Source: Felis catus (lineage: Eukaryota). From it: a stretch of 64,000 nt of DNA. Below, piece after piece: positions 25,341 through 37,506 of the stretch (position 1 is the first letter of the stretch; every line of letters begins with the position of its first letter). A program made the translations under genes and the position numbers. The DNA lies in the NCBI RefSeq assembly GCF_018350175.1, contig NC_058368.1, forward strand, positions 234,486,001 to 234,550,000. The letters are read 5' to 3'. Under the pieces are notes generated by a model, which searched no databases, had not been told where the DNA came from, and was given only the letters and a program-made list of their open reading frames with translations.

Positions 25341-26036
25341 GCTCTGGGATACATTTAAACCAAAAAAAAAAATGTAGCTTCAAAATGCACTGTATCCTGA
25401 CCCCGTTGCCTCTCCACTGGCCAGTGCCTGCATGGCTGTCCCTATACCTGTAGGCTGAACAGACCAAGCTCCAGCCGTTTGACAAACAGACTGTGTGTAC
25501 ATCCACCTCATGGTCTCCTTCATGTCCCCGTGTCTAAGGCAAAATAACTTGTTTCACATTCATTCTGGCAGGAACAGAGATCTTTAAGACAAACAACAGA
25601 CGAACAAAGCCGAGGTCCAGTGCACGCATCTTGTGCCTTTTGGCCACGCCCCTACCTACTGACTCAGAGACCACACCTTAAATTCTTAGCGTCAAGGTCC
25701 AGGTGCAATCCTGTCGGGTCTTCAACTTGTGCCTTAAGAAAACTATGTCCCGGAACACAGACCACCCAATCTGCTGCAGTCAACTCTCCTACCCAGCTGG
25801 GCCCGAGTACGGTGCAGGGACAGTGTGCAATCTGTCCGAGACTCACCTCCCTTGCCCCGGAGATATTCAGAGCCATCGCCCTGTGGAGGATGGATCTTCC
25901 ACACCTTCGCCCAAAAGGATGAAACTTCCAGGCCAGCCATGGACTTCATGCTTTCCATGTTATCACCTGCCTTGTCATAGCCACCCTCAACGGGACATAG
26001 TAACGTCCCAGGCTTAGTTAAGAAAGCGGAGACTGA

Positions 26037-26252
26037 GGGGCACCTGAGTGGCTCAGTTGGTTGAGCGTCCGACTTCGGCTCAGGTCACGATCTCACAGTC
26101 TGTGGGCTCGAGCCCCGCGTCGGGCTCTGTGCTGACAGCTCAGAGCCTGGAGCCTGTTTCCAATCCTGTGTCTCCCTCTCTCTCTGCCCCACCCCCCCAC
26201 TCTCACTTTGTCTCACTCTCTCAAAAATAAATAAATATAAATAAAAAAAAGA
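26037..26252 (+). mobile_element. CAN-SINE
   Basis: Full body; TSD aagaaagcggagactga at 26020-26036 and 26253-26269. Confidence 0.95.
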
Positions 26253-26981
26253 AAGAAAGCGGAGACTGAGTGTCCAGGAGGCTACGATGCTCATCCGTAC
26301 GCAAGAACATGGGGAGGATTCAGGGCTGTCTGATTCCACAGCCCTCGCCTACTACCTACCCAACACTAAAACGATAACATTTTCAGGTTTTAATAGAAAT
26401 ACGTGCTCTCGGTTGAAAAATGATTTCAAATATTGACACAAGTCCTGGGAAATTCCTCTGATAAATAGCTTAAAATAAAAACCGAAAGCCAATTTACATA
26501 CTAGTGTGAAACATTAGCTATAGCCCCTTTTAAATAGATTGAACTTAGGGTGTGTGAAAATCGTCACTTTCTAGAATTGCTACTCTATAACAGTTTTCCA
26601 GAGACGTAGCTCTGCAGTTCAGTATTAGTTTAGGCCACAGTGTTGTGCTAAGTACACAATTTCAACTTTAATGGGACTCTTTGGCAAACATGTTCAACAA
26701 TCTTCATAATGCAAATGGAAGCTGAAGGAGAAATTTAAACCACAGTGAGGCTTAATTAGATTTGGTTCAGTTACATTTCATTGATTTTTATAGAGAATGC
26801 TCGTGACATGTTTCAGAGTTTTGATTTAGCAAAGCACAAAAGATCAGAGGCCACCACATGACAGGAAGCCATCTGCAATGGGCCACATTGGACAATGCAT
26901 ACGGAATCCCAGAGAAACCGCAAGAAATACTGAACATAGGTAGACCACGCAAGGACTCAACCAACATTCCATGCAAAGACA

Positions 26982-26987
26982 TTTATT
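26982..26987 (-). terminator. Candidate distal polyadenylation signal AATAAA
   Basis: Plus-strand tttatt, followed on the minus strand by GU-rich sequence (aatgttggttgagtccttgcgtgg). Confidence 0.45.
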
Positions 26988-28432
26988 GGTTTTAGGGTCT
27001 TGCTTTCCTGAGTCATTGTTTTTCCCATTAGAACAGTGCCTCTAGATTATTTGACTCATACCTTCACCCTTTTCCAAAAGCCAACATTTCTTTCCTACTT
27101 CCTGTTTCCTCCCCCTCCTTTTGAGGACCACAGAATTGGACAACTTTTTTAGAAAGAGTATTCACCAATGGCTCAGTGTGAAGCATGAGGACAGTCTGAA
27201 AGTTTGCAGGAGCCCAAGATGTGTAGATCAGAATCCTACCATGGTCAAAACGGAGACAATGTGCAGGAAACAAAGTCAGTTTGGTGGGACGGGCAAGCAG
27301 GAATAAACCAAGCACATCCAGCTATCGTGGTTCTATTTTTGCTCATTTACTGACATCACCAGCGATCGCCCAAGATCTAGAGATACAAAGTGATCATATG
27401 TCTACAAACCAGACAGCCACTTAACTTACCTCCAGTAGGAGAAATGAGGAAGCACTCTCCTTTACTGTTGTTATTATTAGTAGTAGTAGTATTTTTTTTT
27501 AACTCTGTAGGAGAAACAGGCTTAGTATGCAGTGGGAAGCAGTGCAAGTATTTATTCTCTTAACACATAACTGCCTTACTGACCCAAGAGGATGACCTTG
27601 GAACCTGACTCTTCCCAGTGAATTCTGCCTTGAAATCAAACCTTCCTTCCCTTCATATCTACACTCTATTCAAGTACTCCGCCTTGATTTTGTCTCTTTG
27701 GGCAGCACACTTTGCTCCTGTGTTTTCTCTGGAACCAAGGTAACATTGCTTATTGCCTTCCTGGATGTCAACAATGTTTGATTGGCTTTTCCAGCTTGTT
27801 GGCCACATCCTGTAGGTCAGATGGGCCCTGGGGTTGAGTAATCTTCAATAGTATGTATACTGGAGGCTGTAAAAATCAGAAAGATAAGGTGGAACTTGAC
27901 ATAAAGCTAAGGAGTGGAGCTGTATATTACACTAATGTCTCTGGAGAGAAAAAGTATTGATTATGATCACACCGGCTGAGTGCCAAGCCAGAGCTCCCCA
28001 GAGCACTCACGAGGGCAAACTGCCTTCTCACCAACTTGCTTTCATCGTGTAATGGATCATTCTGGGTGTTTCCCAGCCAACCTGGAAGGTCTGTGGCTCT
28101 GCTGAGCCAACAGCAAGCTAAAAAGTGTGGCTTGAATGTGGGCCATGCGAATTGCCTCGTGGTCCACGGGAGGCATCATGGAGAATCAGAAAGCACCAGA
28201 AATATGGCGGCCTTGGCTTCAGTCCTCCAGCTGACTTTGGAAGAGCCACACAACCTCTCTGGGCCTGTTTCCTCCACTGCAGAGAGTCCTAAGATAGACT
28301 AGGTGGCATCCCGGATTCAATGGCCGAATCCTCATTGCAGCTGGGAAGCAAGTAGTGTCCCTCTAGAAATGAATTCCATTAATATTTTGCATGGGGTTAG
28401 AAATGTTCAGATAAAACATTGAATTAATGTAT

Positions 28433-28650
28433 GGGGCGCCTGGGTGGCTCAGTTGGTTAAGTGTCTGAGTCTTGGCTTCAGCTCAGGTCATGACCTCACG
28501 GTTCACGAGTTCAAGCCCTGCGTTGGGCTCTGCACTGACTGTGCAATGCTTGCTTGGGATTCTCTCTCCCTTTCTCTCTTCCCCTCCTGCATTTCTCTCT
28601 CTCTCTCTCTCTTCAAATAAATTAAAAAACTAAAACTAAATTTAAAACTC
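28433..28650 (+). mobile_element. CAN-SINE inside the inferred UBE2QL1 3'UTR (antisense to the mRNA)
   Basis: ggggcgcctgggtggctcagttggttaag... with (CT)n and an A-rich tail. Confidence 0.9.
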
Positions 28651-29566
28651 ACCGAAATACAATTCTTAGGGAAGGGGCCAGCCCCCCATGCCATGTTAGG
28701 CTATAAGTTTAGTCTACATCTTGCTTCTTGAAATCAGATCTATAGAGAGGACCCCTCCAGGGCCAGTGTGGAAGAACATCATGTCCTCTACAAGGGCATG
28801 TTCAACCCTCCCCCACTCTTACACCTGTCCTTCTTCCCTCTTACCCAGCCATCACTCACCCCTGACTTCTCTGTGGAGTCTTCCCTGGAAACTTCTGGGC
28901 CCGTCTACAACTTCTACAAGGCAGTGTAGCGTGTAGCTGTGTCTGGTCTCTACTCATTTGTTGGTGACTTCTGCATGTTTTTCTTGTCTTATGAGTTCCT
29001 CTAGGGAAGGAGACACGTCTAAAACCTGTCCCTTGCCTACTATATCTGAGTGGAGAGATGGCCAGTAATTTTGGTTGATTGACTTCCAGTAGGAGACTGG
29101 GGACAGAAAACCAGATATAGTTACAAGTGAATTCTATTTGAATCATTGTAATTGTTCAATCTGAGCTTTTATCCAAGTATGTTCTAATTAAACCCAGTTA
29201 TTTAACACCAATTTCCCCATACTATCGAAGTGATACACAAAGTTCAGGTGACAGTTTCTGGTTTTTGCAAACACCTTCCCTCATGGCTTAGGTCAGTCCT
29301 CACAGTGACCCCCATCGGAGTTTACAGCCCAGGAAACTGAGGCTCCAGCGGGTGGAATTATCTGCCAGCATCAGTCACACCGACACAGGGGCCTCTGCCT
29401 TTCTGTTCCGGGTGTTTCTCATAGTCCTTAGATTTCCCTCTCAAAAAATAAGGTTGAATTTTGGTAGACAGAGTGAACTTGAGCTAAAAATTGGGATCTA
29501 AACCGTTTTCTCCCTGAGCAATGGATTTTAGAGACTGAGTCTTCTGGGGTATGTGTGCACGTGCGT

Positions 29567-29568
<2 letters not shown>

Positions 29569-29602
<34 letters not shown>
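29569..29602. repeat. (TG)n microsatellite, read as (CA)n on the UBE2QL1 sense strand
   Basis: Directly visible. Confidence 0.95.
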
Positions 29603-29604
<2 letters not shown>

Positions 29605-32596
29605 CCAGGGCAATGACCTTGCTGCTCACATGGAACTTCCTGGGCATAAGTAATTCTTGATCTTGCAAACAGCCAGTAAACCGTGTGCAGGTCTAATCCA
29701 CAGCCCGTGGCCTGTGGTGCAGGGGACCCCCAAGGCGAACGGCAGTCAGCCCAGGAAAACCGCTGGCTGGGCGGGAGGAGACGTACATGTGAGCTCACAC
29801 TTTTTCTTTCTCTGGCTCTGTGGTCTCCGGGGGACATGAATGTCTGTACATCTGTCCAATCATCTCCCTGCTGTCTGTCTGAAGAGGGATTTCTTGGCCT
29901 ATGCGGAAGGGTGACCCCAGCCAGCCGCTCGCTGAGTCTCGAGACAGCCTTCCTCCCACCTGGGACCTGGAGACAGGCATCAAGTTCAGAGGGGGGAGGC
30001 AGCCTGGTGGTGGCAGGCAGGACCCTCATGCGGGGTCAGCGGGGCACGGCCAGGCTCCCCCGTCTGGCCACCGCTGCCTTGTCTGCCTACGATGCCCCAG
30101 CCACTGCAAAGGGAGTTCTTCCAACGAAGAGTGAAAGCAATAGTCATGTTTTCAGTGACTCTCCACTGCTTTCAAACCAGAAAGTCTTACCAGTTTAAGT
30201 GAAACATGGCATTTCTTTCACTAAAGAGTATTTCTTCCATAGCTTCCAGTTTCTAACACACCCAAAGGAAATAACATGCAAAGGAAATAAAATTCAGGGT
30301 GTGCGGAGGGATAGACGTTGGGCCAAGTGTCTCCACCCCCCACCGCCCCCTGGCCCCGGTCGCTATTGGCAGTGACTGAGGCCACCCTCGGGTGGGAACC
30401 AGCCTCCTGACCGCACTCGGCTGCGGTATATACCCTGAAACGCTGTGGACCCGTTCTTCAGTCAGTTAGCAAACAGCACGGAAGTGACAGGCTCTAGATA
30501 CAGGTTACATACTGCATAGACACACATTACATATACTGTGTGTAGTATATACACATTATACTCTATGTATATCCAAATATATATACACAAGGTCTTAGAA
30601 GAAAGTTACCGTCCATGTTACATCAGAAGAGGAAAACATCTGGAAAGAAAGTGCGGGCGCTTTCCCTGGCAAGCCGCTTCTGTCCCGCATCTGTGGTATC
30701 CACAGGGTAATCCCATTACACAAGAGCCCAAAGGCTCAAGGCTGTGCGCTAAATGTCAGGTTTCCAGGACGGAGAATTCCCTGGAGAGGATCCGACGGAA
30801 GAACAGCTTCGGATCTTTGCCATCACGTTTTGTGACTATTTCTACTCAGAGGGAACATGAGCAGGCAGCCACGCATGCTCAACACAGTACCATCTTGGCC
30901 GGACAGAGGGCGCCACATGTGAAATACGGGCATAGGAGGAAGTGGCTTAAACAAAACTAAGAGCAGCAAAAAGGGGGCGGATTTGGTGAACGGCCAGTCG
31001 TGCCGGAAGCTGACCCCCGTCCTCTGAGGCCAGGTCTTTCAGACCCCTGACAACCCTGGACAAGTGAACAGGTCCCCGGGTTAGCCAAAACTGCCCACAG
31101 AATTTTAACCTAATCGGCAAAGATTTCTTGTCCTTCACACTGGCCAACACTCGAGTTTGGTCAAATCAACCCTTAATGCTTCCTGTTAGCTTCTAACTGC
31201 TTCTCCTTTTGCAAAGACCGTGGGTCCCTAAGACTCATTTTTTTTTTTTTTTAACCTCACCGTAGAATGCCATCGTGGCATTTCAAATACTCAATTTTAA
31301 AAACAGATCAAATATTTTAAGTGGAAGGACAGCCCCCAATGATTGGATTCTTGAGGCAGGGCATCAGGTATGCATGATTTTATTTAAAATGTGTCCAATA
31401 AGATTTTTCCACCTGGAATGAACATTTTAACCTCTTCCCACGTATTGTTATAAACAGTATTTCCTCATTTCATGGAACTTCTTAGAAAGTTCTAAGGAAC
31501 TTAACAGAAGAGAAAAATGAACTGTGGGAGATTAAATAACAGGAAGTTGATATCACAGCGAGGGTGCTCGCGCATCACGCAGCCCGGCCCCCCCCTCCCC
31601 TCCCCGGGACACACAAGTGACTTGAAGGTGAGGAAATAGACCCGGTCATGCAAGTCCTCATATGGTCACTTGGTACCCTTGGCGGTTCTCGGATTCCCTG
31701 TCACTAGCACAGATAATAAAATGAGTCAGATGACTTCAGTGAATGGGAAATTGTCTTTTGCTTTTGGTGGTGGGTTGACGAGCTGAGAGAAGATAGGAGC
31801 ACGATGCAGCGTCGGAGGAACGTTCCAGAATACTGAAGAGGCTGTCCCAACATCGGAGCCCCGGGGAGCGTGCACCCGGCATCTGAACCGTTGTGCGCCC
31901 ACGGTGGCCACAGCACCCCTGCCTCTCGTCTCGGGGTGCTGGTTATCTGTGGACAGGTGCCCACCACCGCGGAGGCAGAGAAAGCACATTCTCCCCGGGG
32001 GGCATCTGTCATTTTCCATCTCTAGAACTTGGCGATATTAAGTTCGTGTTTTCAGGAGCCGAAGGTCATAGCACAAATGAGGTCTACATGTCGTCACACG
32101 GGGCCACAGAAAGACACGTCTCCAAGTTATGCTGACCTGCCGGGGAGAGAAACAGACACAGAGCACAGCGATGCGGGGCGTTCGTAGGAAACAAGAACGG
32201 TACCACGTACATGGAAGTGGGCGAGCAGCAGGCACTGGCTCTCCTGCCTGCTCTTCGGGGCCACTGTCTGGGAAGAAGCTAAGGGCAGTGCGAGGGGCAG
32301 GCACAGGGGCAGGCGGGCTGGAGGATGGCACCATCTCAACATGTGTTCTAAAGTGACTTCGAGATGGCCGCTCATTTACAATCGAAACCTAATCCCGAAC
32401 AGCGTTCGCTCCCTCGTTCTCCCTGTAAACACATCTGTTCATAAATAACTTAAACGTCTCCTTGGCATTCAGGATTCAGTTCCGGCTGCAGAGTAGAAAA
32501 GGATGGGGGATGCTCGGCGTTGAGGAGGAGATGTCGGGAATTCGTGTGTGTGTGTGGACAGGTGGCTGAAGAGTCTACCGCACGTCGCCGGGGACA

Positions 32597-32728
32597 TCAG
32601 CCGTCGGACACGGGTGGGGTGACCCAGCCGTACTTTTCATGCGTCTTCACCAAACTTTTAAAGGTAGCTTCGGCTTCCTTGCGGCTGAAGGACTTTTTTG
32701 ATTTGCCGGCCTTTCTACAGATCCGTCC
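32597..32728 (-). CDS. UBE2QL1: UBE2QL1 terminal coding exon (C-terminal 43 aa plus TGA), ubiquitin-conjugating enzyme E2Q-like protein 1
   Basis: Minus-strand translation is GRICRKAGKSKKSFSRKEAEATFKSLVKTHEKYGWVTPPVSDG*. This matches the UBE2QL1 C-terminus as I recall it; paralog UBE2Q1 ends ...KSLVQIHEKNGWYTPPKEDG. It follows a canonical phase-0 acceptor tttccctttccctctcctgcag and a branch point TTCTAAC. Confidence 0.96.
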   Translation of the reverse strand, partial: GRICRKAGKSKKSFSRKEAEATFKSLVKTHEKYGWVTPPVSDG

Positions 32729-32761
32729 CTGCAGGAGAGGGAAAGGGAAACCAGGTTAGAA
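32729..32761 (-). promoter_or_regulatory. UBE2QL1: 3' splice site of the UBE2QL1 last exon (branch point, polypyrimidine tract, CAG)
   Basis: Minus strand reads TTCTAAC(32761-32755)ctggtttccctttccctctcctgCAG|GGA. Confidence 0.92.
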
Positions 32762-33135
32762 CCCCTGCTCTGATCCCACAGGGGTTAACTTCTGCTGCCT
32801 TCATCTGTGGGACTCCCAGACGGGTGCCAAGCAAGCAGGGTGCCGGGCTTGCAGGGAAGGAGGGGCGCCGCCCAGCTCCCCCGGATGCCTCATTTCCAGG
32901 CCCGGAAAGCACCTGCTGGCTCCTCTCCGCCCGGCTCCCCGTGGCCCGGGAGGCCCCGGCCTGCACCAGATGAGCATCTGCAGAAGCCTTGGCTTGTCCC
33001 TCAGGCGAAAGGCAGCTCCCATGGCCTCTGCCTCCCACCGAGGACATGTTCCCTGTGACTTCCAGCCTCTCCTGTAACAGACTCGTATTTGGATGTGTAC
33101 GTATTCACACACACATTTTAAAACTCTGACTTTAA

Positions 33136-33271
33136 GGGGCACCTGGGTGGCTCAGTCAATTAAGCATCTGACTTTGGCTCAGGTCATGATATTGCGGATT
33201 GTGAGTTCGAGCCCCGTGTCGGGCTCTGTGCTGACAGCTCAGAGCCTGGAACCTGCTTCGGATTCTGTGCC

Positions 33272-33313
<42 letters not shown>

Positions 33314-33407
33314 CTGCCCCTCCCCCACTTGCACTCTGTCTCTCTCTCTCAAAAATAAATAAACATTAGTAAATTTAAAAAATAAAATAAAATAAATGAA
33401 AAAAAAC
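33136..33407 (+). mobile_element. CAN-SINE (antisense to UBE2QL1)
   Basis: Full body with long (CT)n and A tail; imperfect TSD ctctgact(c)ttaa. Confidence 0.94.
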
Positions 33408-36199
33408 CTCTGACTCTTAAAAGTCAAGCCCAGGAACGAGTGAATTTCTTGTAATTCATGTCTCTTGGGAGCCATTTCAGGACAGGACGGCGGAGCCATT
33501 TTCCAGGAAGAGGAAGGCTGTCCTTGAGCCCCGAGAGGAGGAACGATGAGGGGTGGGTGCCCCTTTACACAATCCCAGGGAGAGGCCCGACCCCTCACGG
33601 GGACCAGGTGTGTTCTGGCCGGAAAGGTGGGGCGTTGGCATCTGCAGTGGACAAGAAGGTCTAATCTACCTTAGAATGGGCACAGAAGGCTCTGGATCAT
33701 GAGGCGGAAGGAACCCAAAGGCACTGCTGATGTGACCACCTCTCAGGTGGTCTCCTCCTTTCCAGAGAGCCCTGGGAGTGAGGTGTGCCTGGCATCACGG
33801 GGAATACTGAAGGGAAAGAGGGAAAGAGGAGCCTGGGCAATGGAGCGTCGGTCAGCAAGGCCTGTTGGGGCTCTTGTCCAGCTGCGCTGTCCCCCTTTAT
33901 GCCTCATGGCCAGCAGGAACCCCCCTGAGCCTCTCCTGGAAGATCTACGTGTCTTCCTAAGCGTTGCGTGCACACATTTTGTAGGTGGGGTGGAAGAGAT
34001 ACCTCGGAAAGACCTGGTTGAGTTTTACCCACCAACAAGAGCATGCACACTATTTCCAACAATCTCCTGATGTTTATAAACCTTTACTAACAAGCCCCTC
34101 TGAGTGGACCCTCGGACGAGGCATCCAGGGCGGCAGCCACCCTGGCCCGTGTGGCCACAGGCAGGTCAGGTCCACCCAATCTTAGCTGTCTTAACCCACT
34201 AATCATTCTGGTGGGAAGACGGCTGCACCGGCCACGTAATTCACAGGGAAAATGGCACCCAATCACCAGCCGCTGGGAATGGAAGACCGTTCTGTGCACT
34301 TAAATTCAGAGCATACGGTTCAACATCTGTCTGTCCAACGGTGGAGATGGAAACCAAAGCCCAGGGAAGGAAATCCGGGTACAGCTGGGCTCTGCTCCCT
34401 CTGGACACCTCTCTGGCAGAACTTGTCCGTATGCCCACCAAGGGCAAGGCCACCTCATCCAATCTGCTGCTTGGTTCCCATCACACAAGCTGCTGAAAGG
34501 GCAGAGGAAGACAGGAGGAGAAGAAGGCAGGAAATTGCCACTGACTGACTTCCTGAAAGTTCCCCATGCCTCTCCGGGATGTGGCTCCTGGTTTTAATTT
34601 TGGAACTTCCCACTTTTCTTATGTGGCATAGTTATAGCTGATAAAAAGGGACTGTGAAAAGCTAATACATTTATAATCATCATCATGATGGGTTGAGATC
34701 AAAGTCCAAGGTTGTTTCATTAAACACAAGCAAATGCACCTTTGCAGGAATGTCAGCATCAATTTCTACATGGAGTGGGAGCAAACATCAGGCTGTATTC
34801 TTTTGCACAACATGCAGATTCTAGCCATCTCCTATCATTCTTGTCTATAACACCAGAAGCCCATGGCAAGGTTTGAGAATTCTGAACCCAGAGCAGCCAA
34901 ATACAAGCTCTCGAATATCTTGGAATATTCTGTCACTCTTGGCACGAACATAGACTTTGTCTATTCCCTGTGAAAAGTCCCAACTGTTACAAAAAACAAC
35001 AGACAAAACCCCAAATGAACAGACCACTCTTTGTTTCCTTTTCTTCCCAGGAAATATTATGAACATAGAGCCCCAGCACTCAGTCAATTCAGCAACCAGG
35101 AAACAGAGTCTGTTGTCGGCCAGCCGGAGGTTTCCGGACCTTCGCTGCCCTCAACGGAGACCTCTCCCCTGGTCCGCTGTTTCTCACATCTTAGTTTACA
35201 GTTAACAGATCTCTTCTCATAGATGGCCTGTCCCCTTCTGATTGGCTGTTTACATATCACCCAGCGAGATACCGAGCTTGAGAAACACCACTTACGTTGC
35301 CTGGCCCTGCCAGGGTGGCTGAGCTGTTTTGCTGAGATGCCCCTGCGATGCCCCCTGGATCAAGAAGGGGGGACATTCCACATGCCTGGGCCCCCGACAT
35401 TCTGATGTGGACCCGCCTTCCATTTTCCACTCCCCCCACCCCAGGTACCATCTCCTAGAGGGTGGACTGTGGGAAAACCTTCAGCTCAACCGCTCTGACC
35501 CTCTGTATTTTCCTCGATAAAGTGGGAACAATATTCGCCACACAGCATCATTATGAATGTCAGAGAAGATACTGCATTTGGAAGCACTTCAGAAAAATGT
35601 AAATTTTGTCTTACCATTACTTAAGAGCTGTTTTTCTTATTGTTACAACATTCACATTTCTCCCTTGTCTGTTTCCATTTGCCTGATGACCAAAGAGTCC
35701 CTTCTGGAGAGTTTCCCTGAATAATTGTTGTTTCTCCTAAAATACCTCGACGTGTGTTTAGCGCAAAAACACCTGGACGGGAGTTTACACAACCCAGTGT
35801 GATAGCTTTGCGCCATCATTAAGAGCTTAGATACGTAACCTCCCTCTCTCTCCTGAGCCACAGACGGTAAATGCAGTTATGAGCAACCGTAGGATTTCCC
35901 CCCAACTGCCTTAAAAATCTCACCATAACACGGATATTGAGCAGTGCTGAGTATACAGTTCTCTGGGACTGCGTGTGTCAAACAAAACTATGAATTGATA
36001 CTTTGGTTTGACTTTTTTTTTTTTTTGGCAGCGTAGCTTTTGGGCTATCACAATCACAATAATTCAACGTGAAAAATTCTATACGGCTACACATTTCTAT
36101 CTAGCTAATAAGCAACTCCAAACTCGGGTCCTCAGTTCAGTCCCCTGATCCTACATGGTTTCCATTACCCCAATGAGCACATTGAATTTCAGTGTGGCT

Positions 36200-36421
36200 T
36201 TCTCGCTTCTTTTTTCTAATTTTATTAATTTTATTTGGTTTAAAAAATTTTTTTTGCTTGTTTTTGAGAGAGAGAGAGAGAGGGAAAGGGGCAGAGAGAG
36301 AGGGAGAGACAGAATCCAAAGCAGGCTCCAGGCTCTGAGCTGTCGGCACAGAGCCCAAACCGTGAGATCATGACCTGAGCTGAAGTGGATGCCCAAACCA
36401 ACTGAGCCACCCAGGCGTCCC
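36200..36421 (-). mobile_element. CAN-SINE
   Basis: SINE body with an internal deletion. Confidence 0.9.
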
Positions 36422-36567
36422 TGTCACTTCTGCATTTATTCCTTCATTATGTTGGGTGCAGGGCCTAAAAAGACAAAGTGGTATGGCCCCTGCCTGTAGG
36501 GGCTTAGAGCCCATTATGGGGAGATAACGGGGGTGTGCTGTAGCTGCTGAGACAGAAGGCACACGTC

Positions 36568-36768
36568 AGGGCTCCCAGTCTCAGTACCATCGGCATCAGG
36601 GGCCAGATCATTCTGCTGGGGGTGGCCCTGTGCACTGTAGGATGTTTAGTTTAGCTGCGTTGCAGCTGGATGCAGCAGTGGCCCCCAAGCAGATGACAAG
36701 CGAATCGTCTCCAGTCACTGCCAAATGTCCCCTCAGAGGTAGAATCACACCCTTTGAGCACAGCTGGA
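36568..36768. mobile_element. MER20 (hAT-Charlie) relic
   Basis: ccctgtgcactgtaggatgtttag...gtctccagtcactgccaaatgtcccct. Confidence 0.75.
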
Positions 36769-37153
36769 GTACAGAATAAAGACGGCCCGGACCAAGGAGT
36801 CTGTCCATTTTCTATCTGTTTAGCCAAGGATTGCTACAAGCCCTCCCCGGGTCAGCAACTGCTGGTCACTGGGATCGCACGGCTTTCTAAGGTAGAAACG
36901 ATTCTGGTCCTCGTAGGGGACCAGGTGGGGGCGGGGGGCGGGGCGGAGGGGAGAGGGGGGTAGTGCCGCTTGTCTGTGCCTCGAGAAAGACTTCTGTGTC
37001 TGACGACACTCGAGCTGACATATGGGTGGCAGGTGTCTTCCAGGCCATGGTGGCGAGGATAAGGGGTCCCACAGCAGAAGCTGAGACAGCCTGCTGTATT
37101 CAGAGAACCAGGGAAAGACACTTGGTGAGTCTGGGGCATGGAGTGAGTGAGTC

Positions 37154-37184
<31 letters not shown>

Positions 37185-37188
37185 GTGC
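37154..37188. repeat. (TG)n microsatellite
   Basis: Directly visible. Confidence 0.9.
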
Positions 37189-37204
37189 TGGGGTGAGGGT
37201 ACAC

Positions 37205-37400
37205 AATTCAACAGACCTGGCTTCAAATCCCTGCTCCAACACTTCCTGGCTGTGTAACCCTGGGCGACTTACTTAACCTCTCTGAATCTCAGTTTCCTCA
37301 TCTGGAAAATAAGCATACGAATAGTGTCACAGGACATTGGATTTTTATAGGGGTTTCCCACGTTGAAACACGTGAAATGCTTGGCACGGTGCCAGGCACA
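37205..37400 (+). mobile_element. MIR
   Basis: ttcaaatccctgctcc...ctgtgtaaccctgggcgacttacttaacctctctgaatctcagtttcctcatctggaaaat. Confidence 0.8.
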
Positions 37401-37506
37401 GGGGGCCACAACAAACGGGGCTTTTGATTTTGGGAACTATCACAGAGGATCTTACCCCTTGACAATTAGTTTCCTTCTGGCCTCTTGGAAAAACAAGACA
37501 CACACG

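Larger units (their letters stand above)
26960..32596 (-). other. UBE2QL1: Probable long 3'UTR of UBE2QL1 (about 5.6 kb; the 3' end is inferred)
   Basis: Follows the stop codon, is repeat-poor with AT-rich patches, and has minus-strand AATAAA at 31384-31379, 27556-27551 and 26987-26982. Confidence 0.55.

Noticed and set aside
34845..34984. Possible alternative last exon (WDFSQGIDKVYVRAK...)
   Set aside because: The acceptor is plausible, but the long open frame is not phase 0. The phase-0 frame stops after 16 codons, and there is no other support.
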